This document shows positions 41,501 to 48,427 of a stretch of DNA of 64,000 nt, in pieces; within the stretch, counting starts at the first letter, position 1; each line of letters starts with the position of its first letter. The position numbers and the translations under genes were made by a program. Under the pieces are notes generated by a model. That model ran no database searches, was not told where the DNA came from, and saw nothing but the letters and a program-made list of their open reading frames with translations. Source of the stretch: Bacillota bacterium (GTDB lineage Bacteria > Bacillota > JAAYKD01); NCBI GenBank assembly GCA_963666425.2, contig OY762825.2, forward strand, positions 768,001 to 832,000. The letters run 5' to 3'.

Positions 41501-41648
41501 CGTCTTTAACGGCGTGGCAATTGGAAGAAATGCAGCCGGCACCGGAGCAGACCAATACTCTGTAGCGATACTTGCTTTTTTCTGCTTCATATTGCTGCTT
41601 AATCAACTTGAGATCATCCATACTCTTGATCTGTTTCTTCTCGACCAT
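38532..41648 (-). CDS. hydB: Hydrogenase diaphorase subunit (NuoF/HydB) fused to GltD/NfnB-like FAD domain
   Basis: GRGGAGFP, NADEGDPG, CGEETAL, CGKCVPCR; then PCQNACP, CGRVC..PCE..C, GAGPSG, GGGNTA, YRR. Confidence 0.88.
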   Translation of the reverse strand: MVEKKQIKSMDDLKLIKQQYEAEKSKYRYRVLVCSGAGCISSNCHAVKDALLKALQENQLSESVCVVETGCIGTCDLGPVMVVEPFGASENESVFYTKLSAKEIPAIVESHLIAGKIKIENTYLEKKTGEHVPYLNQIDYFKNQVKIALRNCGSIDYSSLEEYIARDGYFAAAKVLSEMSAQDVVDEVKKSGLRGRGGAGFPTGIKLESGMKAPGDEKYLVCNADEGDPGAFMDRSLLEGDPHSVVEGMIIEGYTIGARKGFVYVRAEYPLAVERLGLAIDSARASGLLGKQLFGSTFDFDIEIRIGAGAFVCGEETALMASIQGERGEPKQKPPFPFQSGLFGKPTIINNVETLANIPPIILNGSSWFAGYGTEKSKGTKVFALAGNINNTGIVEVPMGTTLGEIIFDIGGGIRRNKNFKAAQSGGPSGGCVTSESLNTPMDYESLVKLGAIMGSGGLITMDEDTCMVDMARFFMEFIQDESCGKCVPCRIGTKRMLEILERITHGEGKEGDIEELEELGAAIRDTAVCGLGQTAPNPVLSMIKNFRDEYEEHIKYKHCRAGVCADMFISPCQNACPAGINVPGYVALIAAGRFRDAYNLVRKENPFPAICGRVCTHPCENKCRRGQLDEPISIADLKRYVADYVLNDEEPYMDLVFPKNGKSIGIIGAGPSGLTCGYYLARLGYDIDVYESHPVAGGVLAFGIPAYRLPKEVLAKEIQKIEQVGVKIHLNTEIGTDITFYQLKSKHDAVYIATGTQFSNLVNIPGEELNGVYHGLDFLKDVNLGHEVKVGARVAVIGGGNTAIDAARTAIRLGASEVTILYRRQIEDMPADSREIHDAIEEGVKIIPLVAPIRFIGTEAVTAIECNRMELTEFDTSGRRKPKAIAGSEFLLPVDMVIPAVSQSSDLPFINKDEVELTRWGTFVTDKDTLMTKMKGVFAGGDVARGSDTVITAIADGKNAAKSIDKYLGGKGILNTGEEIEIPAATNDEEVVEHERFPMKFLDAEQRKNNFDEVAVGFHKLNAIAEAMRCLRCDRRG

Positions 41649-41661
41649 AGTCTCACCCCCC

Positions 41662-42162
41662 TTATTCATATTCTGCGATGATCGATTGAACCTTGTCGGG
41701 GTTCACCTGTTTGTAAACTTTATCATTAATTGTCATGGCAGGTGCTAATCCGCATGCGCCAATACATCTCATCACTTCGAGGGTGAATTTCCCATCCGGT
41801 GTAGTTTCTCCCACATAAATACCGAGCAGTTCCTTTAGCTTGTCGATAATCTTTTTACTTCCTCTGACATAACATGCTGTTCCCAGACAAACCCTGATCG
41901 TGTTTTTACCTCTGGGTTTGGTTGAAAAAAACGAATAGAACGTAACAACCCCGGTCACTTCCGATAAGGGTTTTCCTACCCTCTCCGCGATGAACTGCAT
42001 AAGTTCAATCGGCAGATAGCCATAAATCCCCTGGGCGATATGCAATATCTGAATCAGACTGCCCTCTTGATCACGGTATTCTTCAATCACAGCAGCGATA
42101 CGGTCATACTTTTCCTGGTCGGTTTCTTCTTTGCATGTACATTGGTTCTTCTGTTCGCTCAT
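41662..42162 (-). CDS. hydC: Hydrogenase 2Fe-2S subunit (NuoE/HydC)
   Basis: VVTFYSFF, CLGTAC, CIGACGLAP. Confidence 0.9.
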   Translation of the reverse strand: MSEQKNQCTCKEETDQEKYDRIAAVIEEYRDQEGSLIQILHIAQGIYGYLPIELMQFIAERVGKPLSEVTGVVTFYSFFSTKPRGKNTIRVCLGTACYVRGSKKIIDKLKELLGIYVGETTPDGKFTLEVMRCIGACGLAPAMTINDKVYKQVNPDKVQSIIAEYE

Positions 42163-42552
42163 AATGCCTCCTAAAACTACCTTCAAAGGTAAAATTAACT
42201 AGCCTAGTCAACCACTTTTGCAGCAACATCAAAGCTGAACACCTTTACCCCGCCCCTCCTCATCAGAAGTAAATTCGAAAATCATTTTCCTCTTTTTAAA
42301 CACATTTAAAAAACGGCTGAGACTTCCGTCGCAAATGCTACCATATAATGCCACTAATGTCAAGATAATCTGACTGTTTTTGAAGTTTTTTTTATGTCAA
42401 CCTGCTTGTCGTCTTTTCTCCGGTTCAGAACATTACCTTTCTGATCTTTTAAATTCCGCCTCAAATCACTGATTTCTTTCTGCTTTTTGAATCTTTCAGC
42501 TGTCGCTTTTGAGCTGCTTTGTTACAAAATGACACTTCTCTTTGCTGCACTT

Positions 42553-42591
42553 AAAAAAAGCTTACGGTTTAAGTTACCGCAAGCTTTTTTT
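42553..42591. terminator. Intrinsic terminator
   Basis: AAAAAAAGCTT...AAGCTTTTTTT. Confidence 0.65.
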
Positions 42592-42916
42592 GAGTTAAAA
42601 TGTAGAATTCAGACAATTTCTTAGCCTGTTTATAATTCAAAAAATTATCCTTGATCCAATGAATCGGCAGGACAGTTGACTGCTGCTCCATTGTAATGAG
42701 TACCTGCGTCATCTGTTCCAAATGATACGATATGAGTGTGGTAACGCCAATGACCTCTGCCAGATCATGGATTAAAGGTCACTCACGCATGTCTTGAAAG
42801 ATTATTGCACCAATGAAAAAGACTTTTCCGATGAGATTTCTGTTTCGTGATGGCAGGATGCCATCTGATCAGACATGAGCTGAGCAGCCGAAAGATCCGA
42901 AGTTGGCTCGATAAAT

Positions 42917-43702
42917 CTAGATTGATAACAAAGAACGATAAATCTCCTCATCTTCTTGTTTAAACACATTAAATATGACGCGTTCGATTCCGTTCGCTGC
43001 AGCAAGAAAACGTTTCGTCTCTGTAATCGCTATTTTAGTCGCTTTCAAATTTGGAAAACGGTACTCACCCGTTGCAATGCAACAGAATGCTATACTTTTC
43101 AGCTTGTGTGCCTGTACCAACGTAAGACAAGAACGATAACAGCTTGCCAAATCCTCACAAACTGCTTGGGTCAATTGACCGCGGATTCTCGGTCCAACCG
43201 TATGAATAACATATTTACTGGGCAAATTGTATGCTTTCGTCAGTTTTGCTTGCCCAATCGGTTCATCATATCCCTGTGCGATCATCAGGTGATTACACTC
43301 ATCTCGCAGCTGTAATCCAGCCGCTGAATGGATCGCATTGTCAATACAATCATGACAGGGATAAAAACACCCTAAAAGGCTGCTGTTATCCGCGTCCACG
43401 ATCGCATCCACCTTTAAACGCGTGATGTCTCCTTGCCAAATCACAAGCTGTGAATCTGATGTAGTCGGTAAGTGCATCGCATCGACCACGCCTTTTTCTT
43501 CTCGTTCAATCAAAAGCAATTCATCCTGTAAATGCAGGAAATTGGCCTGCAGTGGCCTTGGCGTGCGCACGTTCATCAGAGAACGCAGCAACTTGCGCTG
43601 CAAGACAGCATTCTCAGAAAATTGAACCATTTGATCCTGATATTGCGGCATCTCATCAAGTAATAGCCGGATTAATTCTTTCATTAGTATGAGGCTTTCC
43701 AT
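42917..43702 (-). CDS. Zinc-containing macrodomain protein (ADP-ribosylhydrolase, SirTM-associated type)
   Basis: LRSLMNVR N-terminal extension, WQGDIT, GCFYPCHDCIDNAIH, VIHTVGP, CIATGEYRFP. Confidence 0.88.
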   Translation of the reverse strand: MESLILMKELIRLLLDEMPQYQDQMVQFSENAVLQRKLLRSLMNVRTPRPLQANFLHLQDELLLIEREEKGVVDAMHLPTTSDSQLVIWQGDITRLKVDAIVDADNSSLLGCFYPCHDCIDNAIHSAAGLQLRDECNHLMIAQGYDEPIGQAKLTKAYNLPSKYVIHTVGPRIRGQLTQAVCEDLASCYRSCLTLVQAHKLKSIAFCCIATGEYRFPNLKATKIAITETKRFLAAANGIERVIFNVFKQEDEEIYRSLLSI

Positions 43703-43780
43703 AAAGTATCCCTGCGCAATCCGATTCTTGCTTCCCTCGCAAAAGTTCTCTATCCATCGGCGAAAGTTTTTTTGCCTTGC

Positions 43781-44413
43781 TTAACGAATAAAGTTCGTGT
43801 AAATTGTTGCTTCCTGTGTGGGTAAAGCAATTCCGTTTTTCAAACCTGCTTGCTTGCATTTTAAGAAGAATGCCATATTACGGCCAAGCGTTCTCATAAT
43901 CTGCAGGCCTTCCAAATCCTTTTTTACCTGATCCGGGGTCGAGCCATGAACCATATTCCAATATTGTGATGAAATAACCGGCATTTGCATGATTCCGAAG
44001 TATTTGTTTAGTTGATCATAAGCGGCTGTGCTGCCTGATCTTCTAGCCGAAATTACACATGCCGCTGGTTTCAAATAAAAAGAATGGGTTCCGCTGCATA
44101 AATCTGTATAAAATACCCGATCCAGAAAAGATGTAATTGCTCCTCCCGCAGCAGCGAAATGCACCGGAGAACCGAAAATAAAACCATCGTAATCTTTTGC
44201 TATGCTTAAGAATTCATTCACTCGATCGTCGAATACACAGCGTTTTTTCGTTGCACAAGTTTTGCAAGCGATACAGCCATTGAGCGGCTTATTGCCAATC
44301 CAGAAAATTTCTGCTTCAATTTCCTCTTTGATCAAAGTATCTGCCAGTTCTTTTAAGGCGGTATAGGTACATCCTTCTTGATGGGGACTTCCATTAACCA
44401 AAATGACTTTCAT
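43781..44413 (-). CDS. Iron-sulfur flavodoxin family protein
   Basis: NGSPH..GCT, CIACKTC....C, GSPVHF, SSQYWN. Confidence 0.88.
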   Translation of the reverse strand: MKVILVNGSPHQEGCTYTALKELADTLIKEEIEAEIFWIGNKPLNGCIACKTCATKKRCVFDDRVNEFLSIAKDYDGFIFGSPVHFAAAGGAITSFLDRVFYTDLCSGTHSFYLKPAACVISARRSGSTAAYDQLNKYFGIMQMPVISSQYWNMVHGSTPDQVKKDLEGLQIMRTLGRNMAFFLKCKQAGLKNGIALPTQEATIYTNFIR

Positions 44414-44442
44414 AATCTCTACCTCTTTTTTTCCCTTTATTT

Positions 44443-45315
44443 TTAGCATGATTGCTTTTCTACAGTATTGGCTCTTTTTAGGAGAGTATCAACGATCATT
44501 TGCATATTTTCGTTAAAGGCAATTGTTTTACTCGTGTTTTCCTTTACACCCATCGGATAGTCTCTATTGACCCGAATAAGAACAGACTTGTCAGTTTGAT
44601 AGGTCATCTGCTCAAAAGGATAGCGGATGATACTAGGCGTGTTATAGCCAACACCCAAATCAAGAAAAACAGTTTCACGATCTGCTATTTGACTTAAAAA
44701 TTGTTCGTAACGTTCTTTCGCCTTATACCATTTGGCATCTTGTACAAAAAAAGCATTGTGCCGCACATTGATATCCATTTCGCCGCCACAGACCGGACAC
44801 TTGGGGATTAATTCCAGTGGTATTTTACATTCTTTTGTTTTAGCCAGCATTTGCTTGATCAATTCTTCGTTATCATAAAGCTTATCATGACAACCTACAG
44901 CGCATTGCAGAAAAGCATAATCCCCTTGAACCGCAAAAATTGTCTCCTGCAGGAAACCTGCTTTTATAAACTGCGCTTCTACATTGGTTGTTAGGATAAA
45001 ATAAGCTTTCTTTTGAACCAGCTGCAGCAAATTCTGGTAGAGTTTGGTAGCAGGCTGTGAAAAACGATTGACATCGATATGACGCGCCCAATGTGCCCAG
45101 TGTTCAGCTGGCGTTTGAAACGGATAAAATGTAGCTGCATACATATCTTTTATGCCATATTTCACAATGAAATCAGCGAAATTATCTGTAAAACGTTCAC
45201 CGGAATAGGTCAATCCCGCCGCAGCAGATAAGCCGGCACCCGCACCAATTAAAATGTAATCAGCATTTTGCAATGCTTTTTGAGCGGCTATCAGCCTCTG
45301 TTCATAATCGTACAT
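44443..45315 (-). CDS. Class M sirtuin (SirTM-like, Sir2 family)
   Basis: IGAGAGLS, TTNVE, QG in place of catalytic HG, CxxxC and CPVC Zn site, LGVGYNTP. Confidence 0.85.
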   Translation of the reverse strand: MYDYEQRLIAAQKALQNADYILIGAGAGLSAAAGLTYSGERFTDNFADFIVKYGIKDMYAATFYPFQTPAEHWAHWARHIDVNRFSQPATKLYQNLLQLVQKKAYFILTTNVEAQFIKAGFLQETIFAVQGDYAFLQCAVGCHDKLYDNEELIKQMLAKTKECKIPLELIPKCPVCGGEMDINVRHNAFFVQDAKWYKAKERYEQFLSQIADRETVFLDLGVGYNTPSIIRYPFEQMTYQTDKSVLIRVNRDYPMGVKENTSKTIAFNENMQMIVDTLLKRANTVEKQSC

Positions 45316-45319
45316 CAAT

Positions 45320-45937
45320 TTATTCCTTTACATCGAGTAAACTATCTTCGAATCCACTATAGCGGATTCGATCTTCTTGACGAGGTTTCGCTGCCACTTT
45401 GCTATCACTTAATGAATAACCCAAAATAACATGGGCTATCGCCGCATAATCGGTTGGAATCTCCCAATCGCTCAGCAATTGCTGCCCTTCCTCACAGGAG
45501 AAAGTTTCCTTTGCTCTTGCAATGAAGCAAGAGCCGACATGAAAACTTTGAGCGGCTAACATAATATTCTGTGCCATCATACAGCAATCCGCTTCACTGT
45601 AAAGAAAGTCTTTTGGTCCGAACAGTGTTAGTAATGTCGGTGCGCCATAAAAACCGTCAGTGATAGCCGGATCATCGGCGATGCTGGGCTGATTCTTTGA
45701 AATATACACTGTTGCGGTTGAAATTCGTCCCTTGAACGAAGCGGCGTTATATTTGCCCAGCTTCTTAATGAGGCCAGGGTTTTGACAAACTCCAATTATC
45801 CCAGATTGACGGCTGCCTGCACTGGGGGCATACAATCCAGTTTCAAGGATTTGTTTCAGAATGATATTTTCAATCTGATTGGTTTTGTATTTTCGAATTG
45901 AGCGGCGTTCGATCATATTGGTGATGACTGTATTCAC
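45320..45937 (-). CDS. Nitroreductase family protein
   Basis: RRSIRKY, APSAG, NIMLAA...VGSC, ILGY; GTG start after GAGGAAG. Confidence 0.85.
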   Translation of the reverse strand: MNTVITNMIERRSIRKYKTNQIENIILKQILETGLYAPSAGSRQSGIIGVCQNPGLIKKLGKYNAASFKGRISTATVYISKNQPSIADDPAITDGFYGAPTLLTLFGPKDFLYSEADCCMMAQNIMLAAQSFHVGSCFIARAKETFSCEEGQQLLSDWEIPTDYAAIAHVILGYSLSDSKVAAKPRQEDRIRYSGFEDSLLDVKE

Positions 45938-45950
45938 AATACTCACTTCC

Positions 45951-46110
45951 TCATTTTCGTTTGATTGCCTGCACGGGACAATTTTCATAACAATATCCGC
46001 AATGCAGGGTCAATAATATGGACCTGGGGATTGCTATTTTCATCGACCGTAGCAAAAGACGCTTCGATAATCCGCTTTAAAATCTGCAGGCATTCTCTTG
46101 CTTCCATCAT
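45951..46110 (-). pseudogene. Internally deleted pyridoxamine-oxidase-like/4Fe-4S ferredoxin gene remnant
   Basis: MMEARECLQILKRIIEASFATVDENSNPQVHIID joined out of frame to LHCGYCYENCPVQAIKRK*; ATGA overlap with rSAM stop. Confidence 0.7.
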
Positions 46111-47150
46111 GCGTCCGCTTTGACCTCTTTCCAGCATTGTGGGTCAGGAGCATACATATTGCCTGTATAGCCAAAAGCAACCGCAGGACAGCCACGGCAT
46201 AACTGGAATAACTCACACCTTGAGCATTTTTCGAATTTCTTATAGTCGCGGTAACAATCGAGCTCATGCCCGGTAAACAAATCATACATAGAAGCTTCAA
46301 ACACATTTCCTATTTTACTATTCATTCGACGGCAAGCGAAAACATCTCCAGATGGTAAAATAGTGATGTGATCACTGCCGCAGTGACAGCCATCATAGAT
46401 TGTGTCGCAATCCATCCCTGCTGGTAAATTGAAGATGTTTTTTTCATAAAGGTATAGCGTCCAAAGATGATCTTTCAGTTGAAAGGTAGTGTCACAGTCT
46501 TTGTATTCTGCATATTTAGACCATATTTTGTCAAGAAAAGCTTGATAAGCAAGCGGCTCTATATGGTATTCTTCACTTTTTTGTTCGCTTGTTGGGCAGT
46601 AACGGCCAAAAGTAAATACATCTGCATGATGAGCCACCACTGTGTCAATCAATTCTGGAAATTCGTTGATGTTCTTGCAGGATACCGTGCTCATTATAGC
46701 ACAGTACATACCCGCTTTTTGAATGCAGCTGATTTTTTCGAGTGTAGTATAAAATGAACCTGGTTTGCGGAACAAATCATGTGTTTCGCGCATGCCATCC
46801 AGAGAGAGTTGGTACTTTTTGCAGCCATAATGTACGAGCCAATTGCAAACATCATCATTCAGATGAAATGGATTACCAAGAATACCAAAATCAATGCTCT
46901 GTTTTTTAAGCAACATACATAGCATCCAAAAGTCCTTGTGCAGAATTGGGTCACCACCTGTAATATAAAAATACGGAGTACGCTTCAGCTTTACACACAT
47001 CTCCATACAACTGGCAACAACTTTTTCCATGTCTTCATAAACCACACTTTTGAGACAGATGTTGTTTTTTTCAGAAAAAATATAGCAGTGCTGACAGCGC
47101 TGATCACATTCATCGGTGATATGCCACTGAAAGGCAAAATAGGGATACAA
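46107..47150 (-). CDS. Radical SAM/SPASM peptide maturase (ACGX-system type)
   Basis: CDQRCQHC (CxxxCxxC), TGGDP, SPASM GCHCG..GDVFAC..CSRC.....CRGC...C; TTG start after GGAGG. Confidence 0.9.
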   Translation of the reverse strand: MYPYFAFQWHITDECDQRCQHCYIFSEKNNICLKSVVYEDMEKVVASCMEMCVKLKRTPYFYITGGDPILHKDFWMLCMLLKKQSIDFGILGNPFHLNDDVCNWLVHYGCKKYQLSLDGMRETHDLFRKPGSFYTTLEKISCIQKAGMYCAIMSTVSCKNINEFPELIDTVVAHHADVFTFGRYCPTSEQKSEEYHIEPLAYQAFLDKIWSKYAEYKDCDTTFQLKDHLWTLYLYEKNIFNLPAGMDCDTIYDGCHCGSDHITILPSGDVFACRRMNSKIGNVFEASMYDLFTGHELDCYRDYKKFEKCSRCELFQLCRGCPAVAFGYTGNMYAPDPQCWKEVKADA

Positions 47151-47206
47151 GATAGAACCTCCGATCATTATCTCAACGCTTGAAATCAAGCGATCGATTC
47201 AGGAAT

Positions 47207-47239
47207 TTCTCAACTTCTCAATGATTGGGAAGTTGAGAA
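47207..47239. promoter_or_regulatory. Long stem-loop between precursor and maturase
   Basis: TTCTCAACTTCTCAA-TGA-TTGGGAAGTTGAGAA, no U-tract. Confidence 0.6.
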
Positions 47240-47272
47240 CCTGTGAGCAGCACGATCAATCTAAGTGCTGTC

Positions 47273-47482
47273 CTATTTCTTTTTTGGATCCGCTGCACCA
47301 CAGGCTGATGCCGGCGCTTTCTTTTCCGGGTCCGCTGCACCACAGGCTGATGCCGGCGCTTTCTTTTCCGGGTCCGCTGCACCACAGGCTGATGCCGGCG
47401 CTTTCTTTTCCGGGTCCGCTGCACCACAGGCTGATGCCGGCGCTTTCTTTTCTAAGTCGGAATCAAACAATGCAAATTTCAT
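47273..47482 (-). CDS. RiPP precursor, ACGX-repeat peptide
   Basis: GGAGG RBS; MKFALFDSDL + 4x EKKAPASACGAADP + KKK directly upstream of rSAM. Confidence 0.88.
   Translation of the reverse strand: MKFALFDSDLEKKAPASACGAADPEKKAPASACGAADPEKKAPASACGAADPEKKAPASACGAADPKKK
47285..47452. repeat. Four near-identical 42-bp tandem repeats (coding)
   Basis: TCCGCTGCACCACAGGCTGATGCCGGCGCTTTCTTTTC core repeated 4 times. Confidence 0.95.
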
Positions 47483-47698
47483 ATAATTACCTCCACTGAT
47501 CTGTTTACAAGATTTTTATCTTGCTATCTATAAATATACAGGGACGATGACATTTCCACAAGTATGCACTAATCTATTACATAGTTACTTTTTGTAACCA
47601 ATGAATTGGCTCTTGCGTGCTTTGATGACTTGCTTTATAATAACAGTATGGTAGCCGTTAAAATTTGACATTGCATTCAGTACTAAGGAGATATTAAG

Positions 47699-48028
47699 AT
47701 GCTTACAAAAGAAGAAATGCCAGCTTGCCCGGTGGCAACAACGGTACAATTGATCGGAAGCAAATGGAAACTACTAATAATGCGCAATTTACTAGGTGGA
47801 ATGCAGCGTTTTGGTGAACTGAGAAAAACGATACCCGGTATCAGTTCTAAAGTATTGACAGACAGCCTTCGTTCCATGGAAGCAGATGGCATTGTTAAGC
47901 GTGTTGTCTACGCCGAAGTACCTCCACGCGTAGAATACTCATTAAGCGAGCTTGGCGAGAGCATGCGGCCGATCATCAAGTCAATGGAAGCTTGGGGAGC
48001 AAACTACAAAGATTCGTTTCTTATTTAA
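47699..48028 (+). CDS. HxlR family transcriptional regulator
   Basis: CPVATT..LIG.KWK, RFGEL, YAEVPPRVEYSL; divergent from the peptide operon. Confidence 0.92.
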   Translation: MLTKEEMPACPVATTVQLIGSKWKLLIMRNLLGGMQRFGELRKTIPGISSKVLTDSLRSMEADGIVKRVVYAEVPPRVEYSLSELGESMRPIIKSMEAWGANYKDSFLI

Positions 48029-48216
48029 TCAATGAAGTACTAAACAAGCTGATAAAAAGCGCTCACTTCCTTTTTTGTAGTGTCACACCCATTGACAAAA
48101 GGATGATTCACCTTTCCCGAATTTCTTTACCAATTTTTACTTGGCTTCCTTCTACGGCTGGATACGCTCTACAGTTTTGATCTTCTCTTCTGATGTTGCT
48201 TTCGCTTTGTAGATAA

Positions 48217-48285
48217 TAATAGCTCCCCATTGTGTAGTCTCGAACTTTTGTTATTTCGAGTGTCTACTCTATGGGGAGCATATCA
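48217..48285. mobile_element. IS3-like terminal-inverted-repeat remnant (empty element)
   Basis: GCTCCCCAT.G.GTAG...CTAC.C.ATGGGGAGCATATCA imperfect IR ending in CA, no transposase between. Confidence 0.45.
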
Positions 48286-48427
48286 TTTTACAGTTACTTC
48301 GCTCTGTTTTCGGATTTGTTTTGCATCAGTTTTCTTATTCACCTGAAGTCTTGATCTTTGTTATTTTAACTCTGTTTCTTTGTGGCTTGCGGGTTTTAAG
48401 CAGATAGCAGCAGATAATCTCTGAGAC

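Noticed and set aside
42519-42537. Rex operator upstream of the hydrogenase
   Set aside because: TTGTTACAAAATGACAC has the wrong spacing and a weak second half-site
42570-42790. Open stretch downstream of the macrodomain gene (minus strand)
   Set aside because: No credible start/RBS or recognisable family
44443-45315. Sir2 + macrodomain as a Thoeris anti-phage system
   Set aside because: The sirtuin is class M type (QG, Zn site), the macrodomain is a separate Zn type, and no TIR gene is present
47285-47452. Tandem repeats as a CRISPR array
   Set aside because: Units are contiguous with no unique spacers, are a multiple of 3 and lie in an RBS-led ORF; no cas genes
47218-47499. Alternative-frame repeat ORFs (e.g. 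VVQRTRKRKRRHQP)
   Set aside because: By-products of the 42-bp repeat; only the 47273-47482 frame has a good RBS and ATG
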